Assembly (NCBI GenBank): GCA_003990765.1
Contig: RBNJ01000085.1
Location: 1-42,723 of the forward strand
DNA length: 42,723 nt
Reading direction: 5' to 3'
Source of the DNA: Jimgerdemannia flammicorona
Lineage: Eukaryota
Within the stretch, counting starts at the first letter, position 1, and every line of letters begins with the position of its first letter. This document shows, in pieces, positions 1 to 13,212 of this stretch. The notes beneath the pieces are model-generated. The model had not been told where the DNA came from and did no database searches. It saw nothing but the letters and a program-made list of their open reading frames with translations. A program made the position numbers and the translations under genes.

Positions 1-962
1 CCTTGTTGGCGACGGCAAAAGGAAGAAGGCGCCGCACCAAAACGGGTACACCCCAGACGCAGCTGAAGGCACCAGAATCTGCGAAAAAGTAGAGGAAGCA
101 CCGATCCGACACTAATAAAGGGGCAACTCATCACTATTGCCCTCCTCCCACCATGCCCCTGCAGGCACAGCAAACCAACCCAAGGTAGAGGGGGTAATAT
201 TAGGGGAAAGGGGACTCAGAAGGTCGCCTACCAAACCTTGTGACCAGTAAGGTAGCGGAGAAAGGTCTGTAGTACTTAGTACTTTGCTGAGTTAGAATAC
301 AGTCACATAGTATAAGTGTGAACTGACATATCAAGAGATTGTCTAACTGCTGAGTTAGTATACAGTTATATTATATGAGACTAATTTAACTATACTAATA
401 ACTACTAAGCTATCTATAAATTTAGACACTGTCTGAATAGTCTTCAATGAGGTCACTATCAATGATATTATCTCTGATGAAGTAGTTATCTAAGAAGAGC
501 AGTTCTTAGATTATATCTCCTTGTTTATTTATATAGTAGTAGGTTGGAATCATGTCATTATTCTATAGGATAGCATCATCTGTTTCATATACTGGATAAG
601 ATATTAGTGAATGAAGAAGGGGTATATCATCTTCACTTTCATTGGATTTGCTATCTGCATACCTTCTATAGATAATGGTACTATGAGTTGCAGAGTTATA
701 GTAGGCTGGTAGCTGTAGTTTATTTTATTCATACTCAGAAGATAGAGTTGTTGATTCAATCTCAAGGATTATCTAGAGATATAGGTTATATTCTCTAGTC
801 TCTTCATTATAGTTGAAGTAATCAGGCATAAATGTGGATTGGTACTCATATATTATCTCAATAGGTCTCATAGGTAGTTATGAACTATTATAAGTTTATT
901 GGCAAAGTTGATAGTATGATTAGAGTTAGCAGAGATCCTTAACTAGAGATCATATCTGTGTT

Positions 963-1426
963 TATAATAGTTCTAGTTTCTTTAAGAGGAAGTAGCTAAA
1001 TCTGGAAGTTCTAGTTAGCCTAAAGTAGCTTAAAGGGATATTTAAAGATTTAAGTATTCTCAAAGAATTTCTGAGAGAAAATATTCTGAGCTTTATTCAG
1101 ATAGAGAATAAGGATATTTATACATAATCTGAAAGAAAGATCCAGAAGGATCTTAAAAAGAAAGAGAAATACCAAGAAATAGACTCTTGGCAAAGCTGAT
1201 TAATACTGTTCTATAATATTCTAAAAGGTTCTATGACTAGCTAAGACAAGATGCTTAGTACCAAGAAAAGACAAGAATGTTCTAGTGGTGTCTGGGCACC
1301 AAGAGAAGATTTCTAAGCAAGTAGAAGGTAGCAGAATATAGTAGAATATTTAAGAAATAATAAGAAAAGACTAACTAAAATATGTGAAAATGTACTAAGA
1401 CTAAATATAACTGTGAAATTGTTATA
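963..1426 (-). repeat. 3' LTR of A1 (about 464 bp)
   Basis: Direct repeat of the sequence from 6609. Ends tataat...gttata are decayed TG...CA. A pyrimidine tract follows on + (PPT on the minus strand). Confidence 0.9.
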
Positions 1427-1749
1427 TCTCTCTCTCTTTAAGAATTAATATCCTTATTGAGTTCTTAGATAATATAAGACTAAATATACTTAACCAAAAT
1501 TTCTCAAACTTGTATTAGTGCATTAGTGGAGATTAGCCATTCTTATATAGAGTAGAGGGCTTATTATTAGACTAACTAACTGAGAGGAGTTCAAATCTAG
1601 CTAGTAGCTTCATTTTGGTGAACTTCTTGTTTATTAAATATTCTGCTAGTTTTGGGGTCCCAAAGTAAACTTCTGATATATAAGGCACTAGTCATTGCTA
1701 TAGATTGTTGACAATCTAAGAAAGTCACTATAGGGATTGAATAATATAT

Positions 1750-4700
1750 TTTGCCTTGAAGTCTTGAACTAGATCTTGAGAGTTCTTAAGGTTGACCAGT
1801 GGTTCCCAGATAGTATCATATTTAGAGTAGCCTATCTACTTGACTAGATATTTAGGATAGCAGTAGCAAATTCATTTGTTAAGAATTTTCTCAGCTTCAT
1901 ACTCAATATAGTCTTTAATAATCACAGGGACAGATGGCTTGGGAATTTGACCAGAGTAGGGTGGTGACTGGTTCCAGATCTTAAGATATGATATATGAAA
2001 GATTGAGTGTACTCTCATAGTTTCAGGTAGCTTGAGGCAGTAGGAGGATATAGAGACTTATTTAGTAATTTTGAAAGATCTAATATATTTGGATTGAAAC
2101 TTATTCAAAGAGCAGTTGACTTGAGATTGTATCTTGAGATTCTCAGTAGACAGTAGAACTTAATCTCTAACAGTATAAGTGATATCATGGTATTTCTTAT
2201 CAGCATATTTGGTTTAATGCTGTTGAGCCTTCTGAAGATTTATAGTAGCAATCTTGAGTAGTTTATCCATTTTATCTGTAAGGCTCTTGATAGTAGAGAC
2301 TTGTATTTGACTGCTTTTCTTGAAAGAAAATAAACTTATAGAAGTCTTGGGATCTTGACTGTAGAGTAACCAAAAAGAGAAAAGACCAGTAGATAATTGG
2401 ATGACATTGTTATATATGAACTCTGCATAAGTCAGATAGTAGTCTCAATCATCTTACTTATAAGAAATATAGTTTCTAAGTATTTGTTCTAGAGTTCTAT
2501 TCATGTACCCAGTTTGTCCATTAGTTTGTAGGTAGAAGGTAGTAGACATAGCCAATTGGGTTCTCAGGATCTTGAAGAGAGTTTGCCAGAAGTAACTAGT
2601 GAACTTGGGGTCATGATTACTAATAATTACTCATAGTAAGCCATAGTAATAGAAGATGGACTTGAAGAAGATTCTTACAATCTCAGATGCAGTAGCATTG
2701 ATAGTAATTGGTTCAGCAACTATAGTATTAGTCAGGTGATCAATAAATATAATGATAGCATTAGTACCTGATTGAGTTCATAGTAGTTGATTTATAAAGT
2801 CCATGGTAACTTGCTCAAATTTCTTAGTAGGAATTGGTAATAGTTATAGTAAGCTGACTGATACTTGGTTGGTAGACTTATTGCACTAGTATAGATCACA
2901 GCTGGCAATATAGTTCTTGATTTCCTTAACCATACTTGGCCAATAGTAGTGGTATTGGATGTTCTTAACAGTCTTCTCAATTCTCAGATAACTAGCAAGA
3001 GAGGAGTTATAGTGTTTTTGAAAAATCTTATAATATAGATTTATGTTTTCAGATAGATAGATTTGATCTTGATGATAGATCAGATTGTTCTCAATAGTAT
3101 ATATAATCTTGAGCTCATTTAAGAAAACTCTAGTAGCAACTGTGTCTTCTTTATAAACTTGTCTGATTTGGTCTAGAAATTCTGATGCCAAGGTAACTTG
3201 TATGATCATGGTGAGATCAGGATATCTTGATAAGGCATCTGGTACTACAAGAGTCTTGCCAGGCTTATAGATGATCATCAGATTGAAGGTTTGGAGTTTG
3301 AGGCTTTACTTAACTTATAGACATAATAGGATAAATTGAGTATTGATGTACTTGAGGGATTGATGGTCAGTAATGATATCAAACTCAATATCTTCTAGAT
3401 AATATTATCAGTAGTTTAGTGCATATATTATTACCAGTAGTTTCTTCTCATGAGTAGCTAGCTTTTGTTTGGCTGAGGTCAACTTGTGGAACTTGAAAGC
3501 AATGTGATGATATCCTTTACCATTATCTTATAACAGGACTACTCTAATGGCAAAATTTAATATATTAGTAGTAACTGTGAATTTTAGGCCTTGATCTATA
3601 TTATACAGAACTAGAGCATAGATCAGATGGTTCTTGAGTTCTTGAAAAGCTTATTGACAGAAGAGGTCTCAGGTATAGAGTACATAGTAGTCTGAGTACA
3701 GGGCCTTCCTCATGAGATTAGTCAGTAGCTCAGCAATACTAGAGAAGTTTCTGATAAAGCAATGATAGTAGCCAGCTAGACTAAGGAAGGATCAGAGTTC
3801 TGTAAGGTTCAATGGAATGGGTCATTCTTCAATTGCTTCTATCTTATATGGGTCTATTTGAATTCCTTGTACAGAGATAATATAGCTAAGATATTCAACT
3901 TGTTTCTTGAAGTATTTGCACTTCTTGAGCTTAATATAAAGCTTGTATTTCACAGGATCTTCAGAACTATTCAAATATATTTGAGGTATTCTTTTTTAGT
4001 TATATTAAAGATCAGAATGTCATCAAGATATATCAACAGAAAAATAAATAGTTGGTCCTTGAATATCTTATTTATCAAGATCTGAAATATAGCAGGTGCA
4101 TTGGTGAGACCAAATACTAAGACTAAGAATTCATAGAGTCCAAAAGAGGTCATAAATACAGTTTTGGGAATATCTTCTAACTTAATTTGAATCTAGTAGT
4201 ATTCTGACATAAGGTCCAACTTGGTGAAGTACTTGGCATTCTTGAGAGTATCAAAGATTTGATCAATCAAGAATAGTAGATAGTAGTTCTTAGTAGTGAG
4301 CTTATTGAGTATATGATAGTCTATGCACATTTGTAGGGTACTATTCTTCTTCTTGACAAATAAGACTAGTGAGCCATAAGGAGATTTGCTTGACTGAATG
4401 GCTTCTTATAAGTAGTTCTTCTAGTTTCTTCTTGACTACTTCAATTTTGAGTGGTGATATATGGTACATATATTTCTTAGGTAGTACAACTCCTGGGGTT
4501 AGTTTGATTTCATAATCAACTTCTCATGTAGGTGGTAGGCCAGGTAGCTTGTCTGGAAAGATATCCTTGAATTATTCTAGCAGTAACTTGATACTTTTAT
4601 TGATTAATAGTTTCTGGTTTTATTTCTTGAGATAGACTATTATAATAAAGGTGTGCATTGCCTTCTTGAGTACTCTCTTATACTATATAGCTGATAGTGT

Positions 4701-6370
4701 TGCAATCTGGGTCTTGCTCATGGTCTTGTCTATCTTGATAGTAATGTTGGCTCTATCTTGAAGTAAGGTGACTTCATTCTTACACTAATCAATGTCTGGG
4801 TTATATTTTGTAAGCCAAGGTTTTCCTAGGATCAGATCATGATCTCCTAGTGATACAACCTCAAAGTCTACTCATTCTCAATATTTCTGAATCTTGATGA
4901 GTAGTTTGGTAGCAATTGACTTGATGGAGTACAGAGTACCATCTGTAGTAACTATACTATTGTTCTTGAGTATAGACTTAGTAAGAATCTTGAGACTTTT
5001 GATAAGGTTCTGATTAATGAAGTTCCCTGTAGCTCTGCTGTCTATAAGTACTTGAACTTCTTTTCCTTTGACTAGGTCTTTAAAAATGAGCATAGCTTGA
5101 GCTTGATTTTCAGTAAGACTTACTACTTGATCAGTACTATCAAAACATTTTTAGTCTCATTTGGTTTCAGGGAGTTCTTGGACTTCTGTAATCTTGAGTT
5201 GACTGGCTTTTTCTAGGATCATTTGCATGACTTGGTCTCCTTTCTTGACTATGTAGTCTTGATCCTTTTGGTTGATAAGTAGAACTTAAACTTATTCTCG
5301 AAAGTCTGGGTCAATAATATCAGTATCTACATCTAAATGATATTTGACACTGAGTCCTGATTGTGGTACAATTCTGACATAATGTCCTTTAGGATGTTGA
5401 ACTGTAATTCCAGTAGGCACCAGAGTTCAGCTCTTGACTGAAATGGTGACTTGTTTGACAGAGTGTAGGTCAAAACTAATGACTTCTTCTGTTTGATATT
5501 GAGAGACCTGGGCCTTCAGGTGAAGCTTTTTAATCTTGAGCTCAGATTGACTGATAGTAGAGTTGATGGGTATATCTTTGGACAACACAGTGACTAGTCT
5601 TAAGGGTTCACTAGTCTTCTTAGGATATTTGATTGCAATGTGTCCTGTTTGACAACAGAAGAAACAGGCTCCAGATTTCTTCAGACAGTCCTTTTCTTCA
5701 GGGGTAAGCTTGGTGTTCTTTTTATTCATAGTGTCTAAATCCATTAGTACTGGGCCAACTGTCCTTGGTTGGTTTCTGTGGCAGTTCTCAAAATAGTTCT
5801 TCTTACAGTATTTTAGTTTAAAGTGGTTGCCAAAGATAATGACATCAAACCTATTGATAATTCTTATGGCTTCATCAAGGTTTTTGGACTTTTCTAGCTC
5901 AACCTTGACTTGTGTGTTTTCCTTCAGATCTTGGACATAGTGGTCTATCTTTTTGTCCTCAGATATTACTAGTAGCTTGAGTAGAATTGATAAGAATTAT
6001 ACATTGTAACTTTGTATAGACTTGAGTTACTTGATGTTCACTAGCTTGTCTCTGGCTAGCTTGGTAGTATTAGCAGGCTTAAACTTCCTGTGAAGGGCTC
6101 TCTTGAAAGCTTCCCAGTCTCTGATATATGTATATGAGTATATAGATATAGTTATAATATAATTGTGTTACCAGATGGCTGCATTTTCTCAGAGAAGTGT
6201 GGTGGCAAATTGGACTTGCATCTCTTCTTTCATTCTTATAAGCTCAAAGTATTGGTCCAACTGAAAGATCCATATATCTGTAGATAGTTCTCCTCAATGA
6301 CTATTGAAGATATCTGGCTTAAGTGGCTTAAAACTGACTAATGCTACAGTAGGATGTGATATACTCATAG
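1750..6370 (-). pseudogene. pol: A1 gag-pol remnant
   Basis: CFFCCQTGH knuckle (~5670); LIDSRATGNFI protease (~5040); FGLTNAPA and YLDDILIF RT (~4030-4120); VVPDALSR RNase H end (~3240); YYWP...C integrase; EYEAEKILNK...WEPLVNL chromodomain (1750-1915). Many stop codons. Confidence 0.92.
5150..5520 (-). pseudogene. dut: dUTPase domain of A1, between Zn knuckle and protease
   Basis: Manual translation gives FDLHS...LVPTGITV...RIVPQSGLS...IIDPDFR...KKGDQVMQMI, matching degenerate trimeric dUTPase motifs 1-4. Confidence 0.85.
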
Positions 6371-6590
6371 TTCTTATTTTCTACTATTCTAGTTGTACTT
6401 GAAGTTCTTAGATTTAGTAAACTATAGCAGTAATCATGTTCTCTATACCAACTTGCAGTCCTCCTGCTTTTTCTATAGCAGAGGGGTCTGACTGATAGGC
6501 TAACTCTTTGCAGTTTATTTTAGATTCATGTAACTGATTGTAACTGGTTTCCAAATTTGTGTGAGGTTTCTTAATAAGGCAAAATATAAT

Positions 6591-6608
6591 AACACTACTA
6601 CTATCAAG
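6591..6608 (-). promoter_or_regulatory. Degenerate primer-binding site of A1, probably tRNA-iMet type (TGGTAGCAG-like)
   Basis: Minus strand reads cttgatagtagtagtg directly after the 5' LTR. D shows the same pattern (acttagtagtagtgg, 29206-29220). Differences from TGGTAGCAGCGG are transitions only. Confidence 0.45.
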
Positions 6609-6983
6609 TATAATGGTTCTAGTTTCTTTAAGAGGAAGCAACTAAATCTGGAAGTTCTAGTTGGCCTAAAGTAGCTCAAAGAGATACTTAAAGGTTCAAG
6701 TATTCTCAAAGAATTTCTGGAAGAAAATATTTGAGAAATACCAAGAAATAGGGTTTCAGCAAAGCTGACTAATACTGTTCTACAATGTTCTAAAAGGTTC
6801 TATGACTAGCTAAGATAAGATGCTTAGTATCAAGGAAAGACAAGAATGTTCTAGTGATGTCTGGATACCAAGAGAAGGTTTTTAAGCAAGTAGAAGGTGG
6901 CAGAATATAGTAGAATATTCAAGAAATGATAAGAAAAGACTAACTAAAAGATGCAAAAATGTACTAAGTCTAAATATAACTAT
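6609..6983 (-). repeat. 5' LTR of A1, interrupted by B; last 12 bp at 13683-13694
   Basis: Aligns with 963-1414 apart from an internal deletion of about 78 bp. Confidence 0.9.
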
Positions 6984-7449
6984 TGTAATATAGCAGATGC
7001 TAAGATGGACAAGTATGTCAGATTTCTTTATCTTGAATTCTTGTCTTCTTGACTCCTAGAGTCAGTAGTTCCTTGAGGCCAAATGTGTTTAAAGAGGTAA
7101 TCCTGAAGGTCCTTTTATTGGTATACTTGTTCTTTTTCTAACACTTTTAATCTGAGATTTATTCACTCCAAGATACTGGGTTATTTATACAAGTTTGCTA
7201 GCTATGAGAGGGTGGCTAAGTAATAAATGAGTCATTTGGACTTTGTCGAAATATTTGGACAATGTCTAAATGCTATACTAAATCAGAATGTTTGATTTGA
7301 ATAATGTCTAAAAATTTAGACAATGTCTAAGAATTTAGACAATGTCAAAATCAAGGACTGCTAACTATAAGGCTATACTACTTTGGGAATGGGTGCAATC
7401 AAGTGTCTATTCCCTATTTCCTTCTTCTTAATTTGGCTATACCGTCACA
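6984..7449 (-). repeat. 3' LTR of B
   Basis: Near-identical to 13213-13678. TATAAATA on the minus strand near 7182-7189. Confidence 0.95.
7235..7350. repeat. Array of palindromic ~19-bp units (tttagacaatgtctaaa) in U3 of the B LTR
   Basis: About 5 copies; same array at about 13464-13580. Confidence 0.85.
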
Positions 7450-7498
7450 ACTTCCTCCTGAATAGATGGTCTCATCTCTGAGGCATCTATTCAAACTC

Positions 7499-7948
7499 CT
7501 ATGCTTCAACCATCTGTATAGTCTTGTACTGCTCAATTTGCTGTATGACTGTTTCCCAATGATGTCTTCTTACTTTCTTGAAATCAGTGGGAGTTACTCC
7601 TCTCAGGTGGTCTATTGCTGGTTCATCTTCTTGGAATAACTTGTAGATCCTTTTGGTGATAGTGATCTGTGAGTAAGAGAGTTGGCACTCTGCGATCCAG
7701 TCTTCTTTGGTCTTTGCTGGATCCTGGTTGAGCACCTGTCCAAGCTTGAAGTACTCTTGGAACTCTGCCCAATGTTGGTAGGCACTAAAATGTGAGATCC
7801 GAGTGAGATGAGTCTGCACAATACTCTGAATACTATCATAACATTCCTCTATAGTCAGAGGTTTGGTGGTGCACTATTGTCTTTCAATAGCTCTTTGTGT
7901 AGTACTAGTGATCTTGAGTACCACTGCAGTACTCCGGTTATTGGCCAT
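7499..7948 (-). pseudogene. Accessory ORF of B, between integrase and PPT (about 150 codons, one internal TAG)
   Basis: ATG at 7948 overlaps the end of pol and is in frame with ORF 7499-7819 (QEYFKLGQVL...TKRIYKLFQEDEPAIDHLRGVT). Confidence 0.75.
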
Positions 7949-10900
7949 GGTACTTCTTGAGTCAGTTTTGGTGAATGGTGGTGGGGATTATTGTGTCTGA
8001 GGGCTTTTATAGTCAGAAAGTGGTCCCTTTTATATCTTGCACCAGGTAAGGTCCTTCCTATTTAGGCTCCAGTTTTTGTGACCAAGAAGCTTCTACCATA
8101 TTCTGATACACCAGGACTTCATCTCCTATCTTGATAATCTCCAGGGGCTTGTGGGTTTTTTCTGCATTGTTCTGTTGCAGTGCCTGTGCCTTGATTATGT
8201 AATCCTCTGCCTTTTTCCTGATCTGGTACAATCTCTGTATCTCTATGTCTACATGTTTCCAAATTGCATCATTACTTGCTGACAAACTTCCACCAGAACT
8301 TTCTTTGCTGAATAGCATTTCTCGTGGTGTAAAATGGGTGCTTTGTAATCATATGTCTCACAGAGTAGATAATGCTATTGGAAGATAGTGGTCCCAGTTT
8401 CCATATTCATCACAGATCTTGGCGATGATATTCTTGAGGGTCTTGTTGGTTCTCTCTGCTTGTCCATTTCCTTGTGGGTGATATGCAGTGGTCTTGATGT
8501 GTTGGATCTTGTACTTTTTGTAAAGAATCTCATGAAACTGGTTGACAAATTCTGTTCCTCTGTCTGTAGTAACTTGCTTCGGGGTTTTGAATTGGCAGAT
8601 GATTTCTCTGTATAAGAAATCGGCAATTGACTGTGCATTGACTTCCTTGAGTGGTCCAGCCTCTACCCATTTTGTAAACAGGTCTACTATTACAATGACA
8701 TATTGGTTGCCAGTCAATATCAGGGGTAGGGGGCCGATTACATCCATTGCAATGTGGGCAAATGGTATCAGTTTGATGTCTGCTGATCCAGGGGCTTGAT
8801 CTCATTGGTCTTGTTTCTGTTTCTGGCATTTGTCATAGGTCCTGACAAATTGTCTGATATCTTCCTCTATTCCAGGCCACCACAAGATTCTTCTCGCTTT
8901 GTTATAGGTGTTTGTTCCTCCTACATGACCTTGTTTATGTACCTCTTTCATCACTTGATTCTTCCAGTGCTTGGGGATGACTAATTGTTGTCCTTTCTTG
9001 AATATTTCTCCATCAGTTTCAAATTGTTTCCATGTCTAATTAATAATTGTTTTTGTCCATTCTTCCAGATGTGGGGGCATCTTTCGCTGCCCTAGGTAGC
9101 TGATGATTCCATAGTACAGCTCCTTATTCATGGTGATTTTGTGGGGGTGGGGTCCTTCGGGGTGTCCGTGAGAGGGCGTCAGCATTGGTATTGGTTCTTC
9201 CAGAGCGGTGGGTGATTGTAGCATCATATGCTTGCAGCTTTATGATCCATCAGGCATAGATTCCTTTGGGCTCACTTGTAGTGAGCAATCAGGTAAGTGC
9301 TGAGTAGTCTGTCTGGATGGTGAAGTGTCTTCCAGCCAGGTAGTAGTGGAACTTCTCTACAGCCCAGATGACAGCAAGGCATTCCAGCTTGTATGATTCA
9401 TAGGACTGCTCGGCTCCTCAAGTACCTCGGCTGAGATAAGCTACCATATATTCAGCACTATTCTTCTTTTGTGTAAGGACAGCTCCAAGTCCCATTGCAC
9501 TGGCATCTGTCTGCAGAATAAACTCTTGAGTCCAGTTGGGTCTTCTCAGTATTGGGGCCTGGGTCAATCTGGTCTTGAGCTCATCAAAGGCTAGTTGCTG
9601 CTGCTGAGTCCACTGGAACTTGACCTCTTTTCTGAACAGATCATAGATAGGACTGGCAATGTGGAAGAACCTTCTGATAAATCTTCTGTAGTAGGATACA
9701 AGTCCCATGAAGGCTCGGGCTTCAGTGATACTGATAGGTACTGGGTATGCTGCTACTGCTTTGATCTTTGTAGGATCTGTATGTGTTTCTTCACGGTTGA
9801 TAATGTGTCCAAGGTATGTGATTTCTTCTTCTCCAAACTTGCATTTCTTGGGCTTGATGTAGAGGCCATGTTTATAAAGCCTTCTGAGAATTTCCTCAAT
9901 GTGTTCCAAGTGCTCCTTGGCAGTTTGGCTGAAGATGATCACATTATCTACATATACCATCATCTATTTTTCTATAACATCCCTGAAGATACTGTTCATC
10001 ATTCGCTGGAAGCTTGCTGGTGCATTGCACATTCCAAAGGGCATGCGAAGATAGACATAGGTTCCATCAGGAGTAATGAAGGCTGATCTTTTGCTGGCTT
10101 CAGGTGTAAGGCCAATTTGGTAGAATCCTGAGAACAGATCCAGGGTAGTGTAGAATCATGATTCATTCCCCAGCATGATAAGAATATCACCAATATTGGG
10201 CAATAGTTGTCTGTCCTTCTCTGTGACCTCGTTGAGTCTTCTATAATCTGTGCAGAGTCTTGGTACAAACTCTCCTGGTCGGCTTCCTTTCTTTGGTACA
10301 AGGATGATAGAGAAGGACTAAGGGCTGCTAGCTTCTTCAATGATACCAGATTCCTCCATTTCCTTGATCTCTGTCTTGAGCCATTCTCTGTATGCTGGTG
10401 GAATGGAGCAGACCTTCTGATAGATTGGCTTTGCATCTCCAGTATTGACATCATGATAATACAAGGGTTTCTTAGTCTTGATATTCTTGAAATCTGTGAC
10501 CAGTACATCCTCCGATATATGCAAGAGGCTCTGCAATTCTTTCCTGAGGGGGAAGTTTCTTCTGATTGTGTAGGTGTGTTTGTCTTGGCTTTCCTCCTTC
10601 TTGTGCTCCAATTCGGTGATCTTAGTTGCTGTGAGGACTCCTCTTCCTGTAGAGCTGAATCCAGCTCTCCCTCACTGAGTTTGTCTGATGTTTGCAACCT
10701 CCTTGATTCTTGGATTAAGGACAGGTAGGATGAGCATTTGTGCCAGCTGATCTTTCTTTCTTACTTCAAATGAGATTGTTGGGTTGTGGTTCCTGGCAAG
10801 GAGAAGAATTTCTCCAGTATAATCCGAATCGATGACTCCTCCTTCTATAGATATTTCACTTTTCGCCAGGCTACTCCTTGTCTTAAGAATTCTGATATGG

Positions 10901-13110
10901 TTTGGTGGGATGGTTACTTCAATTCCTGTTCCTAGAATGGTAGTGGTCTGTGGTTCGAGTATTGTGTGTGTAGTAGTAGATAGGTCCATTTCAGTTGCAT
11001 TTTCCAACTTGTACTGTGGTATGACTGCATCAGGGCAAATCCTTCGTATCTTGACTATAATATCTTCATCCTCATCATTGCTGTCATCCAATAACTCTGA
11101 TGGTCCATCTTCTAGTTCCTCCTGGTTCTTCTTTGGCTTGTTGGTGATCTTCTTCACCTCAATGATACAAGAGTAGCAGTGATCCAAATGCTGAGCACAG
11201 TACATTCTTTCACCATAGGGACACCTTCCTAGTGGGGTATATCCATCTGTGATTCTTGTATACCATTCTTCCTCAGTCAATTGCTTGCCTTTTCCTTTCT
11301 TTGTAGTAACCATATAGGCTTCTTCTTCTTGGTCTTCCTCCATCTTGGGGCAGACTCCTTTGTGGACATTGATGGGAATTCTGATCTTCTTTCCCCGGTA
11401 GACAATCTACATCTTCTGTGCACTGAGGTCAATCATTGCCTTGGCTTTATGAAGCCATTAATTGCCAATGAGAATATCATAGTTGGTTGCATTGGTGACG
11501 ATGACATCCATAGGGATAGTGGCTTCGCCAAACTTGATTGGTACATCCCAAATTTTTCTCAAGGGTGTTGCTCATGTCCCATCAGCTGTGACAAACACCA
11601 ATTTGGTGGCTTCTTCTATCTCCCAACCTAGGCAGTCTACTGCTTTCTTGGTGATGAGACATCCTCCTACTCCTGTATCAATGATGGCTTCAAAGATCTG
11701 GTCCTCGATCTGGCAGGTAGCATAGGCTGATGTTTTCCAGTTATCTTCACTCTCTTCATCTGAATCTTCTTGTGCATTGTTGGCTTTAATTATTCTGTAA
11801 CCTTGGTCTTTGCCGATATCTGAGATTCCTGTCCTCATTTGTTGTCTGAAGGTTGGGATTTCTGCTAGTTGGCTGAAGGTTGCATTGACCTTTTGGTCCT
11901 TGAGGTCCTTGAAGATATCATACTTGAAGGTCTTGCTCTTGTGCAATTTCTGCTCCTTCTTCTCTTCACTTGATGGGGTGGTGTTTCTGATGATATCTTC
12001 TACTACTTGTTCAAGTTCAGCATCTTGTTCTAGCTCTATATCTTGATCAGCTTCGCTCTGCTGGTTCTCTTTTTCGATGACTGTTTCTGGTTGTCTTGTT
12101 TGTGTCTGGGCTTTCTTAGGAGGTCTGCCTGGAGGTCTTTTATAAGAACTGGATTGGACATCCTTCTTGCTTGAGGTGGCAGGGTAAGCTTCCCATTCCT
12201 CCCTCTCTTCCTCAGATTCTCCAATCTCCTCGAAGGTGATAGTGTTTGCTTGTTCGCAGTTCCTAGTTGTATTGCTTGGATTGGCCTTTCACTTGGTTTC
12301 TATCATACATTCAGAGGCATAATGGCCTTCTTCTCCACACCTGTAGCATGTTACTGATTGCCTGTCATTTGTGGCCACAAACTTTTGTACTGGCTTCTTC
12401 TTGAATTCTTTGACTATATCACTGAGGTGCACTGTCATTTCCACAAACTGCTTGGCCAGTTCCTCCATTGGGTCAACCCTTCTCTGGTCTTGTGATTGTA
12501 GTTGTTGTTGTGTATTCTAATTAACTATGGCAGCTGGGACTGTATTGATAATTCTTGATGCTTGTTCCATTTTTACTCCAGTTATCCTTTCCATTGTATG
12601 GCCTTGAGGGTGTCTGGCAGTCCAGTATCTTTGGGTGTAGGTAACCTTCTGTCCCAGGTCCAGTGATGTTGGGGTAGATTGAATGGCTAAAGCAATTTCT
12701 TGGTGAATGCCTTTCATGAAGGTATTCTTGGCCACTTGGTCTTGAACTGCATTGGGGTAGTCAGTAAGGACTATTTGATGTCAGATTCTTGTGTAGAATG
12801 TGTTTGGGTCTTCGGACATTCTTTGGCAGATAGTATTCAGTTGATCTTTGAGTACTTGTTTGATTTCATCTATATAGTAGATTACCCAGAGCCAGGCCTT
12901 GAAGGCCAGGATTCTTGCTGGATCATCAGCTCCTTGTACATTAGCTGTGGTAAATGCAGTTCTTGCTGGGCCTTGGAGGCTCACAGGGAGTAGGGCTACT
13001 TGTTATGCTGCCGATAAGGTTCTTATAGCAGCATACTGCTCGAAATCATCAATGAAGGTGATGATTGATTCATCAGAGGTATATCTATGGAATATGGGTG
13101 GTCTCATATC
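7938..13110 (-). pseudogene. pol: B gag-pol remnant
   Basis: CYRCGEEGHYASEC knuckle (~12310-12350); IIDTGVGGC protease; YVDNVIIF RT; LQTDASAMGLGAVL RNase H; DVIGP/TDRG/ERTN integrase DDE; GPY motif near 8050. Confidence 0.95.
10640..11060 (-). pseudogene. dut: dUTPase domain of B, between protease and RT
   Basis: MDLS...LGTGIEV...TRSSLA...GGVIDSDYTGEI...LAQMLI in ORF 10672-11343. Confidence 0.9.
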
Positions 13111-13212
13111 CATTCTGTCTGATTGTGTTGTGTGGGTTCTGGTTGTAGTTATTCGTTATTCAGCTTGAAAGTGAGGGATTCGTCTTGAATCATCAGCCAA
13201 TGGGCACTAAGT

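Noticed and set aside
7499-7948. Accessory ORF as an env gene
   Set aside because: Too short, with no signal peptide, transmembrane helix or furin site.
8388-13168. Plus-strand ORFs over B (also over D and E, e.g. 40591-41295)
   Set aside because: Antisense shadows of pol with no recognisable motifs.
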